From contig NC_082708.1 of assembly GCF_030144855.1 (NCBI RefSeq), forward strand, positions 46,314,001-46,378,000: DNA of 64,000 bases. The letters are read 5' to 3'. The notes below the pieces were generated by a model. That model searched no databases. It saw nothing but the letters and a program-made list of their open reading frames with translations, and was not told the origin of the DNA. Every line of letters begins with the position of its first letter. The first letter of the stretch is position 1. This DNA is from Hypanus sabinus (lineage: Eukaryota). Positions 50,650-63,095 of this stretch are shown one piece after another. The position numbers were made by a program, and so were the translations under genes.

Positions 50650-51260
50650 ATTTAGGAGCAGAATCAGGCCATTTGGCCCATTGAGTCTGTTCTACCATTT
50701 AATCATGGCCAATCTATTTCTTTCTCAGATCATACCCTGACTAATCAAGAATCTATCAAATTCTGCCTTTAATATACCCAATGACCTGGCCTCCACAGCT
50801 GCCTGTGGCAATGAATTCTGCAGATTCACCACCCTTTGGCTAAAGAAGTTCCTACTCATTTCCATTCTAAATGGACACCTTTTCATTCAGTTTGTGCCCT
50901 CTGGCCCTTGATTCACTGCTAAAGTAATGAGATCCCCCTATTTTTTTTTAATTCCAGCTAATACAAGCCCAGAGTCATCAAATGCTCCTCATATGATCCT
51001 TTAATTCACAGAATCAGTTTTGTGAACTTACTTTGAATCCTACCCAATGTCAGATAAAGGGCCCAAAACCGCTCATAATACTCAAGTGAGGCCTCACCAG
51101 TGCCTTATAAAACCGCAGCATACATCCTTGCTTTCATATTCTAGTCCTCCTGAAGTGAATACTGACATTGCATTTGCCTTCCTCACTACTGATTCAAACA
51201 GCAAGTTAAATTTTGCGAAAGCTGCATGACGACTCAAGTCCCTTTGCACCTCAGATTGAA
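50650..51260 (-). mobile_element. CR1 LINE 3' fragment
   Basis: VVRKANAM..F...GLEY.SKDV remnant and CR1 tail. Confidence 0.8.
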
Positions 51261-51789
51261 GAATGTGAAGGGAGAGATAGCCAGTATAAAGAGGTGAGGG
51301 GGGAGGGTGGGCCAGGGCTGGCAAGCAACAGATGGATCAAGTCTCTTGCTATCTCCAACCGTCCCCACTTGGTCCATCTGTGCATCAAACCCTATTCACC
51401 TGGTCGCAACTATCATGCCCTGAACCTACCTTGCATCTCTTTATTACTGGTTGTCACCTCGATGCAAGGTCTCGACAGAGAAACATCAACTATCTCTTTG
51501 CCTTCACAGAAACATTTGATTGAACTTAAAAGGTGTTTCTTTCTTAAATTCATCAATCTGGAAAAGTATGGTTGCAAATTGTTATTTTTACAGTTAAGCT
51601 AAAATATAATAAGTGAAGTCTGCTATACCAATGGGACCATATATCTAGAGCTGGCATTCCAAAATTATTTCATGCCCAAACTTTTCTACTCCCCACTGAA
51701 TGCTCCTCATGGCTGACATTTCTTTTACTGTCTTCATCTCATCGAAGCACCCATACTGGGACCTCTGCTGTCTGTAATATATACTACTA

Positions 51790-52900
51790 AAATGACCTGA
51801 TGAAAATGTAGACAGATGGGTTAGTAAGTTTTTAGATAATTGGTGGTGTTGTGGATAGTGTAGAAGACTGGCAAAGGATAACAGCAGTACATAGGTCAGG
51901 TGACCTTATGGGGACAAATGGCAGAATGGGTTTAATACTGTCAAATGTGAAATGTTATAGTTTGGGTGATCAAATTTAAAGAGATCGTATATTGTTAATG
52001 GTAAGACTTTTAACAATACTGATGATCAGAAGGATCTTGGGGTTCAAGTTCAAAGCTTCCTGAAAGTGGCGATACAGGTCAATAGAATAATTAAGAGGAC
52101 ATATGGCATATCTGCCTTTAATGGTCAAGGATATAAGTTCAAGAATCATAAAGTTATGTTGCAGCTTTATGAAACTCTAATTAGGTTGCATCTGCAATAC
52201 TACATTCAGTTCTGGTCAGTTAACTATAGGAAGGACTTTGGGCTTTAGAAAGGATGGAGAAAATGCTGTCTAGATTACAGGGCATGTGCTATATGGAGAG
52301 GTTGGACAAACTTGATTTCTCTGGAGTGGCAGTGGCTGTGGGGGATATGATAGATTCATTAAATTATGAGATACAGAGTAGACAGCTAGTATAGTTTTTC
52401 CAATATCTAACATCAGAGGGCATGTATTTAATGTGAAAGGAGGCAAGTTGAAAGGAGATAATACACAGAAAATATGCCAACATTGGAAATCCAAGCAATG
52501 CAGACAAAATGCTGGAGGAACTCAGCAGGCCAGGAAGCACCTATGGGAAAGAGTAAACAGATCTTTCATCAGAACTTGGCCTGAAACATCAACTGTTTAC
52601 TCTTTTCCATAGATGCTGCCTGACCTGCTGAGTTCCTCCAGCATTTTGTGTTGCTTGGTACACAGAATATGATGGTGTCTAGAACGTGCTGCCTGGGGTG
52701 GTGGTGGAGGCAAATACAACAGAGGTGTTCAAGAAGCTCTTGGACAGGCACATGAATGTGCAGGAAATGGAAGGATATAGACATTGTGTAGACAGAAGAG
52801 ATTAGTTTGGTTGGGCATTTGATTACTAATTTAGTTAGTTCATTACAACATTGTGGCCCATGGGGCATGTTTCTATTCTGTACTGTTCTATGTTCCATAA
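51790..52900 (+). mobile_element. CR1 LINE 3' fragment interrupted by a fold-back Penelope-like repeat (about 52471-52658)
   Basis: VMLQLYETLIRLHLQYYIQFWS.NYRKD. Insert flanked by TACACAGAA at 52462-52470 and 52659-52667. Confidence 0.8.
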
Positions 52901-52919
52901 TTACAACCATAACACTCTA

Positions 52920-53215
52920 AGATGTAGGAGTAGAATTAGACCATTCAGCCCATTGAGTCTGCTCCGCCATTCCATCATGACTGATTTATCCCTCTCAACC
53001 CCATGCCCCTACTAATCAAAAACTTATCAACCTCTGCTTTCAATATACCCAATGACTTGGCCTCCCCAGTAAATGAATTTCACAGATTCATCACCCTCTG
53101 ACTAAAAAAAAAAATCCTCTTTATCTTTATTCTAAAGGTACATCATTCTATTCTGAGGATGTGCCCTCTGGTCCTAGTCTGCCCCACGAAAGGAAATATC
53201 TTCCCCATCCATTTT
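52920..53215 (-). mobile_element. CR1 3' tail fragment
   Basis: Same family as 8642-9310. Confidence 0.7.
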
Positions 53216-56200
53216 CCTCTATTGCTGTGATATATATTTACTGATGCTTTGTACATTTGAATATTTGCTGTTTGTAGCCTCCCTACATCTGGAGTGACTC
53301 TTCTGAGCAACGTAGTTTAAGGCTTGAAGACATGTTAAAAGAATCTGAAAGAATCTCTAGGTAGGGCTATATAAGGCTAGGTAGAGTTGGAAAATGCTTA
53401 GATGTTTGCAAACAGTTTCAGCATTGAAAGAAACTATGTAAAGATCAGGTTGGGATCAACAGGCAGGAAGTCTGTGAACATTATCCACCTGCAATATTTT
53501 TGGTTTCACCACTACACAGAATCTTGACAGGACCAACTTCATTCATTCAGTGGCTATTAAAATGCAGGTTAGAGGTAGGATGTCCTGCAACAAGAGTCCC
53601 CTGATTTCCTAAAGCTGTAGAAACTCAGTGGGTTAAGTAGCATCTATGAAAGGAAAGGAATTGTCTATGTTTCAGGTTGAAACCTTGCTCCACGTTCTAG
53701 CATTTTAATCTTTTGTGTATTCAAAGTGATGGAATTCTTACTATTGGCCAGGATGAGGCAGCTTCAAGGACAAGCAAGAAGCTTGATACTATCCAGGACA
53801 AAACAGTCCACTCGATTGATATCCAATGCAGGATACTAAACATCACCACCATGCTCCGCTACTGGTGCATGCAGCAGGTTTTGCAACCTTTGCCATTGAG
53901 GTGAACACTGACAGAAAACACATGGTGAAACAAATAACTACAGGTTTTGCTCTGAGATGAACACCACCCTGACCAGGAAATAAAACTACAGTTCATCTAT
54001 TGGTCCATAAATAAAGTAACTGGCAGAAGGAAATGTAAGGTTTCTTTATCTGTCCTAGTTTGGAGCAATGGTACATAACTCTTGTGGGGAGTCCAGACTG
54101 AATCTCAATGACATTTGAAGACCACATTACTGAACCATAATTATCCGTCAGTATCTGTTATTTCTGGAAAAGGGGAAAATACTAACCTTATTGACAGCCT
54201 AATTTTTGATCAGTATGTTAAAACTAGCAAACCAATTGTGTTTTTTAATATAAATACTTGGGATTCTGACCAGAAGTTCAGATAGCAAAATTTATTGGAT
54301 GTCATATTTAGCCTTTATTCTGGAGTCCGGGTGATTACAGCAAAACTCCAGGTATGTATCTAAACATCTTATCACTGCATTTAGAATATTTAACAACTTA
54401 CTTCCCACCAACCCTACACCTCATATTTATTTATGTTTATGGACAATCAAATCTTTAACTACAAATAATCCAATATTATCCTTAATAATTGCAAAAATAC
54501 TGGAAAGAATGAACTTCAATTTACCCAACATGCTAAACGTTATACAGCTCCTCTCGGCTGACAAGCCCTGATCCTGTCAACCTGCAGGTTATGTTTTCTG
54601 CACTTAATAGAGTAAATTTACAAGTTGACAGATGAGTTGGGGAACAAAATTTATGCAAACAGTTGCCATTGATGTTAATAAAATCAAATGACCAAAGCGC
54701 AGAATTGAAGGGAACATTTTGCTAAGCAGATGTTTGCTGGTCGCAAACGACACATCCCAAAAAAATCCATTGCTCTTTTCCCCAACCATCAGTTCCTCCC
54801 CCTTGAACCTGAAACTATTTTCTTTAGGTGCTCAAGCACTTTCCTCTTGCAATGTGTTAACTTCCAATATCAGTTAATGAGTTCTGAAACCTCTCTGTGC
54901 AGGAAATAGAGGAAACAGGAAGAAGGCCATTCAGCTCATCAACTCTATGTCAGCTGTCAGAGTATTTCTATTAGGTTCATCAACCCATCAACTTCAAAGT
55001 TCAAAATAAAATTTATTACCAAAGTTTGTATAGGTTACCATATACTACCAAGTAGGCATCTACAGGAAAATAAAAAATGCAATAGAATTTACAAAAAAAC
55101 TGACAACCAACGTGCAAAACAGACAAAGAGCGTAAATGAAAAATAATACTGAGTACGTTAGTTATAGAGGCGCTGTTGTGCCTTCTTGTGATGACAAGAT
55201 CCTGTCATGCTGGTCCTGGGACAGATCCTCTGAAATGATGACACTAGGTAATTTAAAGCTACTGACCTCTCCATCTTTGATCTCCTAATGAGAAATAGGG
55301 TAGTGGTGGGGGTTGGGGGAGAGAACTTCGGCCTTCTTCCTCCTGTAGTTGATAATCAGCTCTTTAGTTTTTCTGATATTGGGTGAGTTTGTTCTTGTGC
55401 CAGCACCTAATCTGATTGGCCCTGATTAGCCACTGAGCTGCATGAAGCATGTATATTGGCAATAGTGTAGGTAAGTGGCAAGTTTTGTTCCTTAATTCCT
55501 CACAGAAATGCTTCTGAGATTTCAACAATGCCTCTGCTCTACAGAAAGAAAATGACTTTCTTCTTCACGCTTATCCATGGCATGCTAGAAATTGCTTCAC
55601 CAGCCATTATACTCTTTGTTGGGGCAATATCTAGATTATTGTTCAGAGGTAAGGGAGCTTTATGCTATTTCTATAAATGAATTTATTTGGGGTTCAGCAA
55701 ACCATGAATTTCATCATTTAAACACTGGATCAGAAGCCCACAAAAGTCAAAGTGCTTCTAGACAGAATTGACAAGCAATTGTAAGATGGGATTAGAATGT
55801 TTAAGAGCAAAACAAAATTACTGAGTTTGGAAATAAGAACAGAAAATGCTGCAAATACTTTTCACCTTAACAGTTTAGGTCAATAACCCTTCATCAGATC
55901 TGGAAGAATGCGGAGTAGAAGAGTGGAGAAAACAGGAAATGTGCAAGAGACCAAGGTTTCTAGGTGATACAATTGCTTTCAGTGACCATTTAGATGAGGG
56001 AAATAAATTGTAACTGATATGTTTTGAGATGAACAAGGACAGTAAAGAATTAAGAGGGGGAATCTGGAACTCTGAAATGTAGAACAAATGCAGTTGCTGG
56101 AAATCTAAAAAAATAGAAATACTTAACAAATCAGATAGCATTTATGAAGATAGAAAAAAATGAGTTAATGGTATGGGGGACAGGGGGAACCTCACATCAG

Positions 56201-57599
56201 AACTAGACAGTTCTAACACCAACAGTTGTTTAACTAAAACTCTGAATTCAACATCAAGACCTGTGAGCTGCAATGAGCCCAAGAATAAATGCTGGTCTTC
56301 ATGCTTATGTTCTGCTTTGTCGGAACAGGTCTTTGAGATATTTAGATGAACAAGTGACAGGCAATGTACACTCAGTCACTCTTGGGGATTGAATGAGATG
56401 TTCTGCAAAGCAGTCGATCTGCATATGATATTGCTAATGTAAGAAGGTGAAATCTGCACATGCACTTGATGTTATCCCTTCTAACGTAAAGCAATAATAT
56501 TGAGTGCATGTGCAAATTTCACCTGCACAGACCGTTTGAAAGGCCAAGGTAAAAAGGCTATGTTCTACGTTTCAGTCACAGTGCATTAAAATATTTTTAA
56601 AAAATCATTGTCCACCTATTTACACTCATTTACAAACTATCTAAAATTATAACTATTTCTTTCTCCAGTTAGCTACCTGGGTCTCTGCCCTGTTTCTTGT
56701 TCTCTGCAATTGAAAGACTTTTCTCACTTGGAAACACAAGACTGCAGATATTGGAATCTCAAGCAACAAACAAGATGCTTTCAGAGAACAGAGTCAACCT
56801 GAAATATCCTCTGTCAAATTATCTCCACAGATGACCTGCTAAGTTCCTCCAGCTTGTTGCTTTCTCATTTTTTTAGTTCTGATGATCAGACCTGAAATGC
56901 AGTATGTTTCTCTTTCAATATGTTGCCTAGCCTGCTGTGTATTTCCAGCATTTTTGATTCATATTCATGTTGGAAGCTTCAGTTAGCTTGTGTAAGGTTG
57001 TCAATTTTCATAAAATAACCAATGTATTTCTGGAAGTTAGCATGTGTCACAAAAGCTCTGAATCCACATGGGATGAAGCCAGCCCACTAGAATCGCACTT
57101 ACTTCACCCTTGCAGCTAGTTTGGAGATTCTGGATGAGTCAGAACTAACGTCCACGCTGAATATTGCGCGACTAAAACAGGCCATTTAGTCTACTATATC
57201 CATGCTTACTCCCCCCACCCCATCTACACCGATCTCACGTGCCCACGTATCCCATGCCTTCGAGGTGTGAATGTATCCGAGTGCACCATCTCCTCCGGTA
57301 GCGCACGACTCCATGCATCAACTACACTGCGGGGCAATCATTCGCCAAATCCTCTTTAAAACTCCTTCCTCTCGCATTGGCTTTAAAAATATTGCAAATA
57401 AATGGGGGGGGGGAGGGGCCTTGAAGAAAATGATGAGAGGCTTAATTTGAATTCTCTCAAATTAGATCGTGCTGGGAAAGTTACTGCTTTGCAGCAGTTT
57501 CTGAAGAAGACTATTCACTGCTCGAGGAGAGTTGAGACCAATGATGATACTTCTGTGGCTCCAGTAATTTTACTGCGGGAGCTCCTGAACGCAGAGCTA

Positions 57600-58030
57600 C
57601 TACGATGCTTTGTGTGGCTGCTTAAACACACACACATGTTGGTAACTGCAAGCGAAACCCGAGTCAATTCAGAAAAGCACTTGCTCTCCTTCCGGAAGTG
57701 CACACAAAAAACAAGAGATGAAGAGACTGCGCCGAGATTTCGCCGCTACTCGGGCCGGTCCCCAGCGCCAGCCTCCGAGTCGGCCGCTCCGTCCCACAAT
57801 GCTTCGCGCGGCGCGTCACTGACGGCGAGCATGATGGCGGCTCATAGTGCACCAGAAGTGATAGCACAGCTGGAAAGCGCAGCCAAAGTTTTAATGGTAA
57901 GGGCCTGCTTTCCCCTTTGCCTCTTCTCCAAGTCCACGGGGTATGTCGGAAGCTCCTGGGCTTAATTTTGATGGCCGTGATTTGCAGGATGCTGGTATGA
58001 TGAGGGGTGAAACACGGTGCGTGGCGCAGT
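57600..58030 (+). promoter_or_regulatory. CpG-rich XPO4 promoter/5' region with palindromic ETS site
   Basis: Sharp CpG enrichment (57730-57840) in an otherwise CpG-depleted window. CTTCCGGAAGTG at 57689-57700 (ETS/GABPA type) and a YY1-like ATGGCGGC over the start codons. Confidence 0.75.
57831..57896 (+). CDS. XPO4: Exportin-4 first coding exon (22 codons)
   Basis: Encodes MMAAHSAPEVIAQLESAAKVLM followed by donor ATG|gtaagg, matching the XPO4 N-terminus (PEVIAQLE.AAKVLM). Lies in a CpG-rich region. Exon 2 is not seen before 64000. Confidence 0.93.
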
Positions 58031-59204
58031 GCCCCAGACCCTGGTGTTTGATTAAACTCTACACCCGAGAGTGTCTTTGGCTCTGCTCACCTCATGTTAT
58101 TTCCGCCTAACTCTATTTGTTTGTCTGTGGTTTTATAATTAAATCTATTGTTATCTACAGTTTTTAAATCAGCTGTATAAGATTTTATTTAGATAGATAC
58201 CGATGTTCAAGTAGAATCATTTTATCGGCGGGGTTCTTGATATCCTTCAGAAATATTTTTTTTGTACACGAAGAGTTGGAATGCAGTCAGATCAAATATT
58301 TTGCAGTTCAATGGAATTATTTATGGTGGCTAAACTAACTTCTAGTAAAATTCTCCCATTGAGCTTTAAAATGGCGTGTTGTTTCAGGTATTGATTGGTG
58401 ATAGCCTTTCAGGTACACTACTGAGGTATATAGGGAGAAGTAAAGATTAATTTCCTTCACCTTTAACTTTGGGTTTAATGCAGGAACCAGCACAGAAGTT
58501 GTGGAAGATGGGCTTTATTTTCCATGGTATAAAGTAATTAAGGATTCTTACCTTTTATGGACTGCTAAGTATTAATTAAGAAATATTAATTCACTGCAGA
58601 CTAATAGTTTTAATTTGAAATGTATGAATGATGCAAAACAAGCAGCTTAGGTAAACATGCTCATGAAATTTGCTACATGGTTATGGTCTTTACATCTTTC
58701 TTTGTAACAATCCAATTTTTGAAATAGAAATGACATTGACTTTACATTGCATCTGTTCATTCAGAGCTCGAAATGCTTGCTTGTATTTTGATACAGTTTT
58801 GTCGTGTTGCAAAAGCTTAAAATTTATGAATTTTTACTTCTATTTCAATTTCCTCATTGTTTTTCCTTGCCATCTGAATTCTGAGTGTGTTATTCAACCT
58901 CCATGTCCTTCTCAATTATCCTGCAGGATTATTTGTTTGTTTATTTTATTGCTGTTTTTCCATGGCTCTGTTAATTTTGGCACAACTGTGCTGTTTAATT
59001 TACATTAGTTGTTTGGAATACCAGGATTGTGAAAGACAGTGTAAATGCAGATCCTTTCAAGTGCCTTTTAATCACATGTGAGTTGAGAGTTTGTATCCTT
59101 ATCAAGTCTGTCAATTACTTTGAATCCTGGAACTGAGTCTAGTAGACCAGTTTTGACCACAGAATTAACAATTCCTTTATTTCAATCATTAATGCTCATT
59201 ATTG

Positions 59205-60680
59205 AAAGGATGACCTACGATAAGGAGGCAGAACAGCTTGGGGCCTGGTGCCAGGCAAATAATCCCTTCCTTAATATCAACAAGACAAAGGAGATGGTTA
59301 TCAGCTTCAGGGGGAACTGTCATCACTTGCATCCTCCTTTACATCAGAATCAGGTTTATTATCACCGGCATGTGTCATGAAATTTGTTAACTTTGCAGCA
59401 GCAGTTCAATGCAATACATAATATAGAAGAAAAATAAATAAATCAATGACAGAACATTTGATTTGAATAGGTTAAAAACTGTGCAAAAACAGAAATGTAT
59501 ATTTAAAAAGTGAGGTAGTTGTGTGTGCCTTCAGGCTTCTGTACCTCCTGTCTAAGGGTAAAACTGAGAAGAGCCTTGGGTGCTGGGGGTCCTTAATGAT
59601 GGACGCTTCCTTCCTGAGGCACTGCTCCTTGAAGATGTGTTGGATACAACTGAGGCTAGTGCCCGTGACGGAGCTGACTAATTTCACAACTTTTTGTAGG
59701 TTCTTTCAATCCTGTGCAGTAGCCTCTCACCACCCCCCCCCCCCCCACCAATACCAGACAGCAATGTATCCATGATACATCTTTAGAAGTTTTTGAGTGT
59801 TTTAGGTGACAATCTAAATCTCCTCAAACTCCTAATGAAATATAGTCGCTGCCTTGCCTTCTTTACAGCTGCATTAATATGTTGGGACCAGTTTAGATCC
59901 TCAGAGGTATTGATACCCAGGAACTTGAAATTCCTCGCTCTCTTCACTTCTGATCCCTGTACAAGGATTGGATCAGTGACTCAGCAGTAGAAACTGCAAG
60001 TAGTTTCTAACTCCTGGGAGTGTGCATCACACATAATCTTTCATGGTCCCAGAATACATCCTACACAGACAAGGAAGCTTATCAATACCTCTAATTTCCG
60101 AAGGGAGCTGGACTTTGCACGTTTGTATGTCATTACAGAGGTGTGTAGTACAGAGGGGATCCTGACAAGCTGCATTAAGCTTGGTATATAGAAGCTGCAC
60201 TGCAGCGGACAGTAGGGCTCTGAGACTGGTAAACAACCGCCCAGTGCATCACTGGCACCTACTTACCCACTGTCAGGGACATATATAGAAAGATGCTGCA
60301 AAAGGGCTATTTACTTCATGAAGGATTCCACCCACCCTGCTCATGGATTATTTGGCCTTCTCCCATCAGGGAGGAGGCTACGTAGCATCCATGCCAGGAT
60401 CACCAGGTTCAAAAACAATTATTTTCCCCAAGCTGATCCAACACCTCCACCCACTAACTCCGCTACTTTATTGTTTCCTGTCATTCACCTTCTGTACAGC
60501 CTAGTGTCACTTTATGGGCAAACAACCGATCTATGTATATAAGCTATCATATGTATTTATTGTGTGTGTTTTATTCTTTATCTTTTGTGGGTTTTTGTCC
60601 TGCATTGGATCCAGAGTAACAATTTTGTACTTCTCTACGCATGTGTATAGGAAATGACATTAAACAATTTTGAATCTTGA
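59205..60680 (+). mobile_element. Rex1/Babar-type LINE 3' fragment with an antiparallel related LINE nested at about 59348-59971
   Basis: WCQAN...LNINKTKEMVISFR upstream. KDSTHPAHGLF.LLPSGRRLRSI.ARITRFKNNYFPQA downstream. The minus-strand insert encodes IIKDPQHP.LFS.LP..RRYRSLK. ATCAG at both junctions. Confidence 0.8.
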
Positions 60681-62052
60681 AAACAAACTGAAGGTAAAGC
60701 CTACTACAGTGGGAATTTCAATATGGTTTCTGAGTTGGAGAGTTCCTCTTTTTAGGAACATCCTTATTCATCCTTTGACATTTCTTCCCAACCTTCCTTC
60801 CTTCCTTCTGTTTAAAACATATGGCTCAGATATTAATAAAAATTATTTAGGTTAGCTTCACTTTTACAACTAATTTAGAGAGAAGTTGTATTCATTGAAC
60901 CCACCCTCAGCTGGGTTGTTCCTCTGTTTCTTTTCAATGAGGGACACTAGCTGAAATTTTAAGTTTTAACACCTGGAATTCTCTGTGAGGGTTACCATGT
61001 TGCACTTGCACTGTAAAGTTGAACTGCTGTAAATGATAGTAAAATTTAGATTTTTAGCCAAGACTGAATATTCCTTCAGCTTTCAGTTCCAGATTCTTTG
61101 AGTTCACTGGTTATGAACTACACTCTTTGCCTGAAACTTCCAAGTATTTTTGAACCAGTCAAGAGGCACCACTTCTGTGTCTATGACTGAGAAACTGGTT
61201 CATCAGGTTCTGCTCTAGCCTTGGTTCATAGCTTGAGTTTCTGACCTTGCACCTTTCTGCATTCTGAATTTCAAACATTTGCAGCTGTTCAAGTTGCACA
61301 TCTTGTATATCGTAAGTTTCAGAGAAATACATCCAACAGAACACTCTTCAATACTCTAAATTTCTTCATGTGGCTGTGAAGGATCTCTGAGCTTTCACAC
61401 GTAGTTCATTATCAGATACACCATGTTGATACAGGTTTACTTAAAATAGCCTAATGACAACATTGGACTTTTATTTTTTATATATTTCTGGGGAATGAAT
61501 TGTTTCTACAAGAGCCATACAATGATTCAGCATCCCAGGTTTGATCCTGATCAGAGCTATCTATGTTGTCTTGTGTTCTTTCTGTGACTGGCTGGCTTTC
61601 CCTCTGGTGTTCCAGTTTCCTTTTTTCTTTCCAACACTTTACTGGTTGATAGGTTAATCTACTATAAAATGGTCCTTGAATATTTGGGTGGTAGGAGAAT
61701 GTGATGGGGGGGGGTGAAAGGGTGGAGTTAATGGGAAAATGGTATTGCTGTGAGGACTGAATGATCTCCTGCGTCATAAGATATGGAATTAACCGGGCTA
61801 CCATTCCAGAATGCTGCTACTTTTCGCAGTCTATTTGCCTTTCTTTTTTGCCTGGACTGTTTTCCCATTATTGTGCTTCCTTTCATTTTGCTCACTAGGA
61901 TCTCTGCTTTCCAATTTGTATCCTAACTGTTCTGTACTTGAACTTCCTACTTTGGTTCTCTGATCAGATGCATACCTGCATTTAGGAATTTTTCATCCTC
62001 TGATTCCACCTCCTCATTCAATCACCTTGTGATCTGAGCTCATTTGCCCTTT

Positions 62053-62128
62053 TCTCCCATAAGCTCTCCCTCCATATAAACTCCCTGGTATGTATGGTAG
62101 TTTATATGGATGGAGAGCTTAAGGGAGA
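62053..62128. repeat. 30-bp inverted repeat (2 mismatches, 16-nt spacer)
   Basis: tctcccataagctctccctccatataaact / agtttatatggatggagagcttaagggaga. Confidence 0.92.
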
Positions 62129-62779
62129 TGCTCTTTCCTCTGTTAACCCTGGTTCCTGTCTATTTCTCACCTACATGATTCAACTATAGTGCCTGTTTTT
62201 AGTTTCTCCCCCTTGCCATCTCTTTTGACCAACTGTGGGTAGTACTGGGTGGGCAGAGATTCTAACAAATAGATACGGAAAAGAACAAACCTACTGAGAT
62301 GTGCCCTTGTAGCAAGCTCTGATTCTTCCAGCTAATGACTCATTTCTCATTGAACCAGATTGTAATCTTGATACTATATTTGATCCCAAGTAAAGTTTTG
62401 GTCTCTGTGTTCATGCCATACCTTTCTGTCTAAGCCTCTAAATGAGCATTGCAACGTGCTTCTAGATGGCATGCCATATTCTATATTCATGTCACTATTG
62501 GTTGTGACCTAACTTGCACCCGTTCACCTATTGCTCCTATCCTTGTTGATCTGTGTTGGCTCCTGGTTAAGCATTGCCCCAATTTTTGAAAATTGTTCGT
62601 CCTTGTTTCATAGCAACTTTCTATTATCTTAACTGAAATGGAAAGGAGAATTGTTTTACAAATGGAGCAGTCAAGATGCTACAAAGATTGATTATATTGT
62701 GGTGCCAGATTAAAGACATGTCCTTAGTTAGAAAGATGAAACCATATCTGTGGGTTTATATTTACTCACAGACATTGGT

Positions 62780-63095
62780 GTAGTTGTGTGGGGTGGTTCT
62801 GCAGTTAGTACTGTTGCTTCACTACTCCAGCAGTTCAGGCTTGTCTTGACTTTGCATCTATCTGTAGAACTCACACGTTCTCCCTGGATTTCACCTGGAT
62901 GCTCTGAATTTCTTCACAAAAATATGCTGGTTGGTCAGTGAATTATTTACCATAAATTACCCTTAAGATAAATGGGGCTAGTTTAATTGGGGTGGAGTTG
63001 AGGGATGTGAGAATAGATATTGGAAGAAAGTTGGGGAGGTTGGGGGAAATGGGATTGTGATGAGAAGTAGGGAGACAAAGGGCTGAATTCTTAAA
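62780..63095 (+). mobile_element. Highly degenerate V-SINE (a similar remnant lies at about 61520-61800)
   Basis: gttagtactgttgcttcact..ccag...tgtagaactcacacgttctccc...ggatgctctgaatttc. Confidence 0.5.

Noticed and set aside
55872-55897. Active hammerhead ribozyme on the minus strand
   Set aside because: CUGAUGA is intact, but the essential G of GAAA is missing.
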